Source of the DNA: an uncultured bacterium
GTDB taxonomy: Bacteria; Acidobacteriota; Aminicenantia; Aminicenantales; Aminicenantaceae
DNA length: 52,793 bases
Direction of reading: 5' to 3'
Assembly (NCBI GenBank): GCA_965602945.1
Contig: CBFDBC010000002.1
Location: forward strand, 1-52,793
Part shown: positions 1-13,013 of the stretch, piece after piece
Numbering within the stretch: position 1 is the stretch's first letter
Layout: each line of letters begins with the position of its first letter
The notes under the pieces: model-generated
Told to the model about the DNA's origin: nothing
Database searches by the model: none
The model's input: the letters and a program-made list of their open reading frames with translations, nothing else
Translations under genes and position numbers: made by a program

Positions 1-50
1 AAGGCAGCCGCACGGTGGGTGCCGGCACCATCACCGAGATCAAAGAATGA
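1..50 (+). CDS. tuf: Elongation factor Tu, 3' end only (gene runs off the left edge)
   Basis: Frame 3 reads ...[15 protein letters not shown] with TGA at 48-50. Nt 1-55 are identical to 16265-16319, the end of the complete tuf. The location upstream of rpmG/tRNA-Trp/secE/nusG is the classical second-tuf position. Confidence 0.85.
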   Translation, partial: GSRTVGAGTITEIKE

Positions 51-121
51 ATGAGATCGCTTCGGGCCCTTCAGGCCTCGAAAAGATCATATAAAGCAGC
101 ACTGAAAGAGCGAGAAAGAAA

Positions 122-271
122 ATGCGAGACATCGTGATCCTTCAATGCACCGAATGCAAGCGGCGGAACTACACAACCACACGCAACAAGAAGCAGCAGA
201 CCGAAAAGCTACAGCTGAAGAAATACTGCAGGTTCGACCGGAAGCATACACTGCATAAGGAGGTAAAGTAA
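122..271 (+). CDS. rpmG: 50S ribosomal protein L33
   Basis: Hand translation: [49 protein letters not shown] (49 aa, TAA at 269-271). It is too short for the ORF track. The L33 signature and the position before secE/nusG both fit. Confidence 0.9.
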   Translation: MRDIVILQCTECKRRNYTTTRNKKQQTEKLQLKKYCRFDRKHTLHKEVK

Positions 272-327
272 CCGGACGCCGGACGCCGGCGCGATCCGCT
301 CGAGACCATCGAAGATCCGAGAGCCGA

Positions 328-356
328 TTGGCAGCAGGCAGGCGGTCCGCTATAAT
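328..356 (+). promoter_or_regulatory. Candidate sigma70-type promoter for tRNA-Trp/secE/nusG
   Basis: TTGGCA (328-333), a 17-nt spacer, then TATAAT (351-356). The tRNA 5' end lies 17 nt downstream of the -10 box. Confidence 0.45.
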
Positions 357-372
357 GAATGGGTGGCAATAC

Positions 373-449
373 AGGTGAGTAGCTCAACTGGCTAGAGCAT
401 CGGTCTCCAAAACCGAAGGTTGCGGGTTCGAGTCCTGCCTCACCTGCCA
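373..449 (+). tRNA. trnW: tRNA-Trp (anticodon CCA)
   Basis: A cloverleaf can be read directly. Acceptor stem is AGGTGAG/CTCACCT. D stem is GCTC/GAGC. Anticodon stem is TCGGT/ACCGA with loop CTCCAAA. T arm is GCGGG-TTCGAGT-CCTGC. Discriminator is G and the 3' CCA is encoded. Confidence 0.9.
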
Positions 450-550
450 AGCGAATCATAATCACCCCTTCATATAGAATCCGGATTTTGCAGGGAGGTC
501 AGACACCACCATTGCTGAGCCGGAAATCAATTTACATATAAGGAATTCAG

Positions 551-763
551 ATGAGCAAAAAGGTCAGATGGTACAAAAGGTTGGGCCCCTTTCTCAAGGA
601 AGCCAGGGCGGAGGTCAAGAAGGTCACGTGGCCGTCCCGTAACGAAGTTTACAGCACCACAATCGTGGTCATCCTGGCGACCATATTTTTCGGAGTCTAC
701 CTGTATATCATGGATTTGATCTTTTCCTACGCGATTTCCAACATCGAATCCTTATTTTTGTAG
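551..763 (+). CDS. secE: Preprotein translocase subunit SecE
   Basis: 70-aa ORF with a single C-terminal TM helix and the motif EVKKVTWPSRNEV. It lies immediately upstream of nusG. Confidence 0.9.
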   Translation: MSKKVRWYKRLGPFLKEARAEVKKVTWPSRNEVYSTTIVVILATIFFGVYLYIMDLIFSYAISNIESLFL

Positions 764-776
764 GACGAGAGATATA

Positions 777-1307
777 ATGACTAAGAATTGGTACGTAGTA
801 CACACATACTCCGGATTCGAGAAATTCGTGTCGGAGTCCATCCACCAGAGGGCTGCAGAGTTGGACATAGAAGAGCAGGTCGGCCGCATCATCATACCGA
901 CTGAGGGAGTGGTCGAGATTAAGGGCGGGAAGAAGGTGGTCTCCACCAAGAGATCCTACCCTGGCTACATCCTGATCGAGATGGAGATGAGCGACGAAAA
1001 CTGGCTGATCATCAGGGAGACTCCCAAGGTCACAGGTTTTGTCGGATCGGGCAAGAGGCCCACTCCCCTGAGCAAGGACGAGGTCAATCAGATCGTCGAG
1101 CACATGGAGAGCACGTCGGAGAAGCCGAAACCCAAACACTCCTTCGAAAAGGGAGAGGCTGTCCGCATAATCGACGGCCCTTTCTTCAACTTTAATGGCA
1201 TCGTGGAAGAAGTCAATTACGAGCGCGACACCCTGAAGGTCATGGTGACCATTTTCGGTCGGTCCACGCCCGTCGAGCTCGAGTTCTTACAGGTAGAGAA
1301 GATCTAG
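777..1307 (+). CDS. nusG: Transcription termination/antitermination factor NusG
   Basis: 176 aa. N-terminus [11 protein letters not shown] (NGN domain) and a C-terminal KOW motif ([11 protein letters not shown]). Confidence 0.95.
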   Translation: MTKNWYVVHTYSGFEKFVSESIHQRAAELDIEEQVGRIIIPTEGVVEIKGGKKVVSTKRSYPGYILIEMEMSDENWLIIRETPKVTGFVGSGKRPTPLSKDEVNQIVEHMESTSEKPKPKHSFEKGEAVRIIDGPFFNFNGIVEEVNYERDTLKVMVTIFGRSTPVELEFLQVEKI

Positions 1308-1315
1308 GAGGAACA

Positions 1316-1747
1316 ATGGCCAAAGAAGTGGTTGCGCAGATCAAACTGCAAATCGAAGCCGGACAGGCCAGCCCGGCTCCCCCCGTGGGACCGGCCCTGG
1401 GGCAGCACAACGTTCCCATCATGGATTTTGTGCGCCAGTTCAACGACAAGACCGGCAAGATGGAGCCGGGCACGGTGATCCCGGTGATAATCTCGGTATT
1501 CAAGGACCGGACGTTCACATTCGTGCTCAAGTCGCCTCCCGCCTCTTACCTCCTGAAAAAAGCCGCCGGGATCGCGAAAGGTTCCGGCGAGCCGAACAAG
1601 GAGAAGGTCGGGAAGGTCTCCCGGCGTCAGCTGGAAGAGATCGCCAAGGCCAAGCTGGTCGACCTGAACGCCTACGACCTGGATGCCGCGGTCAAGATCA
1701 TCGAAGGCACCGCCAAAAACATGGGATTGGAGATTATCAGTGGCTAA
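1316..1747 (+). CDS. rplK: 50S ribosomal protein L11
   Basis: 143 aa. Contains [30 protein letters not shown], the L11 hallmark. Confidence 0.95.
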   Translation: MAKEVVAQIKLQIEAGQASPAPPVGPALGQHNVPIMDFVRQFNDKTGKMEPGTVIPVIISVFKDRTFTFVLKSPPASYLLKKAAGIAKGSGEPNKEKVGKVSRRQLEEIAKAKLVDLNAYDLDAAVKIIEGTAKNMGLEIISG

Positions 1748-2429
1748 ACGAGGGAAACAGTACCAAAAGGCCAAGGCGGCCCTGGACCGAGAGGAGTACA
1801 CCCTGAAGGAGGCCATCGGCCTCATGAAGGACGCCAGCTTCGCCAAGTTCGATGAGTCCATCGATATCGCCGTCAGACTGGGAGTGGACCCCAAGCATTC
1901 GGATCAGATGGTGCGGGGCACGGTAGCGCTTCCCCACGGGACCGGCAAGACCATGCGTGTGTGCGTGGTCGCTTCCGGGGAGAAGATCACGGAGGCGGAG
2001 GAAGCGGGCGCCGATGTGGTAGGCGGTGACGATCTGATAGAAAAGATCTCAAAAGGCTGGACCGAGTTCGATGTGGTGATCGCGACTCCCGACATGATGC
2101 GGGGCCTGGGCAAACTGGGCCGGATCCTGGGTCCCAAAGGCCTGATGCCCAACCCCAAATCCGGTACCGTGACTTTTGAGCTGGGCAAAGCCGTGGAAGA
2201 GATCAAGGCCGGACGCGTAGAGTTCCGTGTGGACAAGACCGCCATCGTGCACTCGTCAGTGGGCAAGCTGTCTTTCCCTGCAGAAAAACTCAACGAGAAT
2301 ATCAGCGCGTTCATGCATGCCATTTTCCAGGCCAGGCCTCCCGCGGCCAAGGGGAAATACGTCAAAAACGTCTACATCTCATCCAGCATGGGGCCTTCCC
2401 TTAAGATATCGGAAGCGTCCCTGGAGTAA
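1740..2429 (+). CDS. rplA: 50S ribosomal protein L1
   Basis: The track ORF 1683-2429 reads through rplK. The L1-like N-terminus (V)[10 protein letters not shown] begins at GTG 1740, overlapping the rplK stop by 8 nt. Confidence 0.9.
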   Translation: MAKRGKQYQKAKAALDREEYTLKEAIGLMKDASFAKFDESIDIAVRLGVDPKHSDQMVRGTVALPHGTGKTMRVCVVASGEKITEAEEAGADVVGGDDLIEKISKGWTEFDVVIATPDMMRGLGKLGRILGPKGLMPNPKSGTVTFELGKAVEEIKAGRVEFRVDKTAIVHSSVGKLSFPAEKLNENISAFMHAIFQARPPAAKGKYVKNVYISSSMGPSLKISEASLE

Positions 2430-2443
2430 GAGGAGAGGTTAAA

Positions 2444-2965
2444 GTGAGTGTCATTCGAGAAAAAAAAGAAAATCAGATCCGGGAACTGAGGGGCTCGTTC
2501 GACCGGAACGACACCTTCTATCTTCTGGACTATGTCAACATCCCGGTATCCAAGTCATCTGAGCTGAGAAGCCAGCTCAGGGACAATGGCTGTTCCCTGA
2601 AAGTCGTCAAGAACCGGCTGGCCCTGAGGTCGTTCCTGGAGGAGTTCCCTGAGGAGCTCAAGGAGAGCTTCCAGGGCCCCACGGCCATCGCCTTCACGGA
2701 CAACAACCCCATCGTCCTGGCCAGGCTGCTCAAGGATTTTTCCATTCAGAACAAGATCCTCAAGGTCAAGGCCGGGATAGTGGAAGGGGATTTCCTTCCT
2801 GAGGAGCGCTTCCAGGAGATCGCAAGCCTGTCGTCGCGCAATGACCTGGTCGCCAAACTGGGTTACATGATCGCGTATCCGTTGACTCAACTCCTGCGCA
2901 CTATGCAGGCGCCCATCAACACCCTGGGCAGCATGATGAGTCAATTGAAAGATAAAAAGGAATAG
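2444..2965 (+). CDS. rplJ: 50S ribosomal protein L10
   Basis: 173 aa with a GTG start. It sits between rplA and rplL and has L10-like sequence. Confidence 0.93.
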   Translation: MSVIREKKENQIRELRGSFDRNDTFYLLDYVNIPVSKSSELRSQLRDNGCSLKVVKNRLALRSFLEEFPEELKESFQGPTAIAFTDNNPIVLARLLKDFSIQNKILKVKAGIVEGDFLPEERFQEIASLSSRNDLVAKLGYMIAYPLTQLLRTMQAPINTLGSMMSQLKDKKE

Positions 2966-2995
2966 AATTTCCGTTTCAAAGGATGGGAGGAGAAC

Positions 2996-3457
2996 ATGAC
3001 CAAAGAACAAGCCAACGAGGCTGGTGATACGAAAGCGAAGGAAACAACCAAAGAAAAAAAGGAGACCAAAGTGAGCAAACTAACCAAAGACCAATTCTTC
3101 GAACATCTGGATGGCCTGACCGTTCTCGAGCTGGCTGATTACATCAAGGAGTTTGAAGACAGATATGGTGTGAGCGCCGCTGCCGCCATGGCCCCCGCTG
3201 CCGCCGCAGGACCAGCCGGAGGGGAAGCTCCCGCAGAAGAGGCGAAGACCGAGTTCGACGTGATCCTCAAGGAGATCGGCGACAAGAAGATCAACGTGAT
3301 CAAAACGGTCCGTGAAGTCACGAGCCTGGGACTCAAGGAAGCCAAGGACCTGGTGGACAGCTCACCCAAAGCGGTCAAGGAAGGCGTGTCCAAGGATGAA
3401 GCCGAAGAGATCAAAAAGAAATTCGAAGAGGTCGGAGCCATCGTTGAAGTTCAGTAA
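2996..3457 (+). CDS. rplL: 50S ribosomal protein L7/L12 (alternative start GTG 3071)
   Basis: Ala-rich hinge plus a C-terminal domain ([24 protein letters not shown]). The canonical-looking N-terminus SKLTKDQ starts at GTG 3071, preceded by AAGGAG. ATG 2996 also has a GGGAGGAG Shine-Dalgarno sequence. Confidence 0.9.
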   Translation: MTKEQANEAGDTKAKETTKEKKETKVSKLTKDQFFEHLDGLTVLELADYIKEFEDRYGVSAAAAMAPAAAAGPAGGEAPAEEAKTEFDVILKEIGDKKINVIKTVREVTSLGLKEAKDLVDSSPKAVKEGVSKDEAEEIKKKFEEVGAIVEVQ

Positions 3458-3506
3458 CCGGTTTTGTGATTTTTGTTAAAAAAATATCCCTTCTGTGGGG
3501 GCGATT

Positions 3507-6500
3507 ATGCTGAATGAATCAAAAAATATTTACCGCGACAGGGTCGATTTCTCCAAGATCAAAGGAGTCTTCCCGATGCCGGACATGCTGGCCATCCAGA
3601 CGAAATCCTACAAGGAGTACCTCCAGATGGAACTGCTGCCCGAGGAAAGAAGAGATATCGGGCTTCAGGCCGCCTTCAAGGACATCTTCCCGGTGTCGGA
3701 TTTCAAGGAGACGACCCAGCTGGATTTCATTTCGTATTCCATCGGCAACTGGGAATGCAAATGCGGCCGCCTCAAAAGCGTGGACAATTCCCGCCGCAAA
3801 TGCAACGGCTGCGGCACGCTGCTGCCGCCCGATGTCGAGCTGACCGAGAAGGAGATCTGTCCCTACTGCAACTCCATCAAGACCATCGACATCCCGCTCT
3901 GCGAGCACTGCGGGGACAGGGTGGAATTGAAGATGAAGTACAGCCCGCATGAATGCCTGCAGAAGGGATATACTTTTTCGGTCCCTCTCCGCATCAAGGT
4001 CCGCCTGATTTCCTGGGAGAAAGATCCCGTCTCCAAGGCGAAACGCCTGAAACACATCAAGGAGCAGGAAGTCTATTTCGGCGATATCCCGCTGATGACA
4101 GGTAAAGGCACCTTTATCTTCAACGGCATCGAACGAGTCGTGGTAAGTCAGCTGCAGAGGTCACCCGGTGTGTTTTTCCGGCCGGGAGACGGCAAGGGAT
4201 TTTTTATCGGGAAGATCATACCCTACCGCGGTGCCTGGGTCGAATTCGAGTATGACAGTAAGAATTTTCTGTATGTCCGGCTCGACCGCAAGAAAAAATT
4301 CCTGGCCAGCGTGTTCCTGCGCGCCCTCGGTTTCGGTTCCGACCATGAGATCCTCCGGCTTTTCTACCGGACTTTCACGCTTCTGCCCAAGAAGGGCAAT
4401 CTGCTCTGGCAGCTGGACGAGAACCTGGTCGGCAAAACCGTGGCCGCTGAAATACTGCATCCTAAAACCAAGAAGGTCCTCGCGCCCGCGCGGAAGAAAC
4501 TGACGCAGGAGCTGATCGAGAAGCTGCGTGATGCCAAGGTCGAAGCGGTCACTCTCTCGCCCAAGGAGTTGGAGAGAGCCCTGGCCGTAACGCAGGTTCC
4601 GGATGTGGTGGATACGAACACCTACATCGAAGAGGCGCAGTGGGAAAAACTGGCCCAGCACACCGAACCTTTCGAGGTATGCTTTCCCGAAAAAGACAAA
4701 GTCGGGACGATCATATCCAACACGCTGATCAAGGATACTACCAAAGACTCCAACGAAGCCCTGGGAGAGATCTACAAAAAACTGCGCCCGGGTGAACCCC
4801 ACACCATGGAGAGCGCCCATAATCTCTTCCACAACCTGTTCTTCAATCCCCAGAAATACAACTTTTCCCGGATCGGGCGCCTCAAAATGAACATCAAGCT
4901 GGAGATGGATACGTCTCTGGAGGAAAAAACCCTGACGCCGTTGGATTTTGTGGCTGTGATCAAATACCTTCTGGGTCTCCGGATCGATGAGGGGGCGGTG
5001 GACGACATCGATCACCTGGGCAACCGGCGTGTCCGTTCGGTGGGTGAGCTGGTGGAGAACGCTTTCCGGATCGGCCTGACGCGCATGGAGCGTACCATCA
5101 AGGAGAAGATGACCATCTCCACCGATCTGGCTTCTGCCATGCCCCAGGACCTGATCAACTCCAAGCCGGTGATCGCGGCCCTCAAGGAGTTTTTCGGAAG
5201 CTCTCAGCTGTCCCAGTTCATGGACCAGATCAACAGCCTGGCTGAGATCACGCACAAACGCCGTCTCAGTGCCCTGGGCCCCGGGGGTTTGAGTCGGGAA
5301 CGGGCCGGGTTCGAGGTCCGCGATATCCAGACGTCACACTACGGCCGCATCTGCCCCATCGAGACGCCGGAAGGCCCCAACATCGGGCTCATCTCCTCCC
5401 TCAGCAGCTATGCCCGGGTCAACGATTTCGGATTTGTGGAGACCCCTTACCAAAAAGTCAGAAACAGCCGGGTCATAGAGCATGTGAAGATCCTTCACCC
5501 GGGAGACGGCAGCTTCAAGATCGGTGAGATCCTCGAAAGGGACGAAGTCGACAAAGAAGCCCGCCGCATCCAGAAGGTGAAGAAATCCGCGCAGACACCT
5601 ATGACTGAGCCGCACTGTTTCTACCTGACGGCCTGGGAAGAGGAGAAACACAACATCGCGCAGGCCAACGCCCCCGTGGATGACAAGGGCAATTTTGTCA
5701 ATGAGCTGGTCGGAGCCCGACAGTTCGGGGACTTCAAGCTCATCCCCAGAGACCAGATCAACTTCATCGATGTGTCCCCCAAGCAGCTGGTGAGCCTCTC
5801 GACCTCCCTGATTCCCTTTCTCGAACACGACGACGCCAACCGGGCGCTCATGGGATCCAACATGCAGAGGCAGGCCGTCCCCCTGCTCAATCCGGAAGCC
5901 CCTCTGGTGGGGACCGGCATCGAGCACCTGGTAGCCAAAGGCTCGGGAGATGTGGTCATCTGCCGCCGGGCCGGAGTCGTGGAGTTCGTGGATGCGGAAC
6001 GCATCCTGATCCGAGTGGGGGAGAACCAGAATGAGCGCAGCTATGACGTGGGAACCGACCTTTACCTTCTGACCAAGTTCCTGCGCACCAATCAGAATAC
6101 GAGCCTCAACCACAGGCCCATCGTCCGGAAGGGCGACAAGGTGGAAGAGGGACAGATCCTGGCCGACACCTCCTGCACGGACCAGGGCGAGCTGTCTCTG
6201 GGACGCAACGTCCTGTGCGCCTTCATGCCCTGGAGAGGGTATAACTTCGAGGATGCCATCGTCGTCAGCGAGAAGCTCATCAAGGAAGACATCTTCACCT
6301 CCCTGCACATCATCGAGGAATCGCTGGAGGCCCGCGACACCAAGCTGGGTCCCGAGGAGGTTACCCGGGACATCCCCAATGTGCCGGAAAATCTGCTCAG
6401 GAACCTGGACGAAAACGGGATCGTGCGCATCGGCGCCAAGGTCAAGTCCGGGGACATCCTGGTCGGCAAGGTCGCGCCCAAGGGAGAAACGCAGCTTTCG

Positions 6501-7789
6501 CCGGAAGAGAAGCTGCTCAAGGCCATCTTCGGTGAGAAAGCCCTGGATGTCAAAGATGCCTCCCTGTACTGCTCTCCCGGGGTCGAAGGGACCGTCAACG
6601 ATGTGCGCATCTTTTCACGCCGCGGGATAGAGAAGAACCCGAGGGCCAAGGACATAGAAATCGACGAGATCGTGAAGATGAAACGCAACCTGGATGACGA
6701 GATCCGGATCCTCGAGGGAGAGAAAGGACGCAGGGTCCGGTCCGTCTTGAACGGACAGGTGATCACCAAGGATCAGAAGGTCTCGGGTATCGAGCTGAAG
6801 AAAGGGACCAAGCTGACTACGGAGATCCTGGAGGGAGTGAAAACCAAGGACTTGAATAAGCTTAACCTGAAAGCCGACGAAAAGCGGGATCAGGAGGCCA
6901 AGGACATCGAGAAGAAGGTCAAGCGTCAGAGCGAGGCGCTCAGACTTATCCATAAGGAAAAATCCGATACCCTCAAAAAGGGCGACGAGCTGGCCCCCGG
7001 GGTTATCCAGGTCGTCAAAGTCTACATCGCGATGAAACGCAAGATGTCGGTCGGCGACAAGGTCTCGGGCCGCCACGGCAACAAGGGAATCGTCGCCAAG
7101 ATCGTCCCGGAAGAGGACATGCCCCGCCTGGAGGATGGGACGCCTGTGGAGATCTTGTTGAATCCCCTGGGCGTTCCTTCCCGTATGAACGTCGGCCAGA
7201 TCCTGGAAACCCATCTGGGCCTGGCCGCCCGCGCGCTGGGACTCTGGATCTCGACGCCTGTCTTTGACGGGATCTCCGAAAACGAGATCAAGGAGCTGCT
7301 GAAAAAGGCCGATCTACCCCCTTCGGGCAAACACACACTCTTCGACGGGATGACGGGAGCGAAGCTGCACAGCGAGGTCACGGTGGGATACATCTACATC
7401 ATGAAGCTGTATCATCTCGTGGACGACAAGATCCACGCCCGTTCCACCGGACCTTACTCGCTGATCACGCAGCAGCCTCTGGGCGGCAAAGCACAGTTCG
7501 GAGGGCAGCGTTTCGGTGAGATGGAGGTGTGGGCACTGGAGGCCTACGGGGCCGCCTACACCCTGCAGGAGCTGCTCACGGCCAAGTCCGATGATGTGGA
7601 GGGCCGGGCCAAGATCTATGAGGCGATCGTCAAAGGCGACCTGGATTTTTCTCCGGGGCTGCCGGAATCGGTCAACGTCCTCATCCGCGAACTGCAGAGC
7701 CTGTGTCTGAATTTTGAGCTCGAGAAGTCCAAAAAAGATGAGGTCCTGCCCTGGGGCATCGATGTGCCTCAGATCCTCAAAGGAGATAG

Positions 7790-7793
<4 letters not shown>
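3507..7793 (+). CDS. rpoB: DNA-directed RNA polymerase subunit beta, with a Cys-rich N-terminal insertion
   Basis: The track ORF starts at GTG 3495, and ATG 3507 is the more likely start. Conserved blocks are present throughout ([65 protein letters not shown]). Confidence 0.95.
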
Positions 7794-11962
<4,169 letters not shown>

Positions 11963-11976
11963 ATAGTGCAAATACC

Positions 11977-12005
11977 TTGACATAACAGACAGGGTTTGCT
12001 AGAAT
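11977..12005 (+). promoter_or_regulatory. Candidate sigma70 promoter of the str operon (rpsL-rpsG-fusA-tuf)
   Basis: Consensus TTGACA (11977-11982), an exact 17-nt spacer, then TAGAAT (12000-12005). It lies in the 115-nt rpoC-rpsL gap. Confidence 0.6.
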
Positions 12006-12077
12006 CGCAACATTCGTCTCGACGGATTTTGCCCGAATTTTCGGAATAGATAATTACTGGTTACAAGGAGTAGTGTT

Positions 12078-12470
12078 TTGCCGACCGTAAACCAACTCGT
12101 GAGAAAAGGACGAGCAGCGAAAAAAGACAAGAGCAAGTCGCCCGCGCTGGAGAGGTGTCCGCAGAAGCGCGGGGTGTGCACCCGTGTGTTCACCACGACA
12201 CCAAAGAAGCCGAATTCGGCCATGCGCAAGGTGGCCAGGGTGCGACTTACGAACAATATAGAGGTTACGGGGTATATCCCCGGAGTCGGACACAACCTCC
12301 AGGAGCACAGCATCGTGCTCATCCGGGGAGGTCGTGTCAAAGACCTTCCGGGTGTCCGCTACCACGTCGTCCGCGGCACACTGGATTGCGAGGGTGTTCA
12401 GGATAGGGCCAAGGGCAGATCCAAGTACGGAAGCAAGAAGCCCAAAGAAAAACGGATCGCCGGACAATAG
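12078..12470 (+). CDS. rpsL: 30S ribosomal protein S12
   Basis: 130 aa starting (M)[14 protein letters not shown] start codon 7 nt after AAGGAG. Confidence 0.95.
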   Translation: MPTVNQLVRKGRAAKKDKSKSPALERCPQKRGVCTRVFTTTPKKPNSAMRKVARVRLTNNIEVTGYIPGVGHNLQEHSIVLIRGGRVKDLPGVRYHVVRGTLDCEGVQDRAKGRSKYGSKKPKEKRIAGQ

Positions 12471-12481
12471 AGGAGTCGGAA

Positions 12482-12952
12482 ATGCCCCGAAGAGGCCGAA
12501 TTAAAAAGAAAAAGCTGAAGGTGGACCCCTTCTATAACAGCACGCTCATCTCCCACTTCATCAATGCGGTGATGCAGGGAGGCAAGCGGAGTGTGTCGGA
12601 GAAGATCGTCTATGGGTCCATGAACACCATCAAGGAAAAGGCCCAGGACGACCCTTTGAAAGTCTATGAAAAGGCGGTGCAGAACGTGCGGCCCCTGTTG
12701 GAGACCAAGTCGCGACGGGTCGGCGGCGCCACCTATCAGGTGCCTATCGAAGTGTCTCAGTCCCGGTCCATGACCCTGGCGGTACGCTGGATCATCCGTT
12801 TCGCCAAGGAACGGCCGGGAAAGACTATGACCGATAAGTTGGCCAATGAAATTTTAGATGCAGCCAACCACAGGGGTGGTTCTATGAAGAAGAAAGAGGA
12901 CACCCACAAGATGGCTGATGCCAACCGGGCTTTTGCCCATTACAGATGGTAG
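12482..12952 (+). CDS. rpsG: 30S ribosomal protein S7
   Basis: 156 aa. S7-like sequence (RRVGGATYQVPIEV). Confidence 0.95.
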   Translation: MPRRGRIKKKKLKVDPFYNSTLISHFINAVMQGGKRSVSEKIVYGSMNTIKEKAQDDPLKVYEKAVQNVRPLLETKSRRVGGATYQVPIEVSQSRSMTLAVRWIIRFAKERPGKTMTDKLANEILDAANHRGGSMKKKEDTHKMADANRAFAHYRW

Positions 12953-13013
12953 TCTCCCAGTAGGAGAGAATTGGTACTGAGAGATTTGATGCTGATGGAT
13001 ATGGAGAGAAAAG

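Noticed and set aside
272-291. Short tandem ccggacg-ccggacg-ccggcg after rpmG
   Set aside because: It is only about 2.5 copies of a 7-mer. This is most simply a GC-rich spacer or weak stem, not a meaningful repeat array.
169-465. 98-aa minus-strand ORF covering rpmG, the promoter region and tRNA-Trp
   Set aside because: It overlaps a clear tRNA cloverleaf and the L33 gene on the other strand, so the protein is not credible.
1683-1739. N-terminal extensions suggested by the ORF track for rplA (1683), tuf (15061), rplD (17317), rplR (23768), adk (26635), nitroreductase (38325), OMP (39812), mtnP (45495), PfkB kinase (46310) and queA (51536)
   Set aside because: Each extension overlaps the preceding gene or lacks a Shine-Dalgarno sequence. 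An internal start with a good Shine-Dalgarno sequence reproduces the canonical family N-terminus.
4161-6308. Antisense ORFs of 364 and 324 aa inside rpoB
   Set aside because: Same reasoning: they sit opposite a conserved rpoB frame and have no independent signals.
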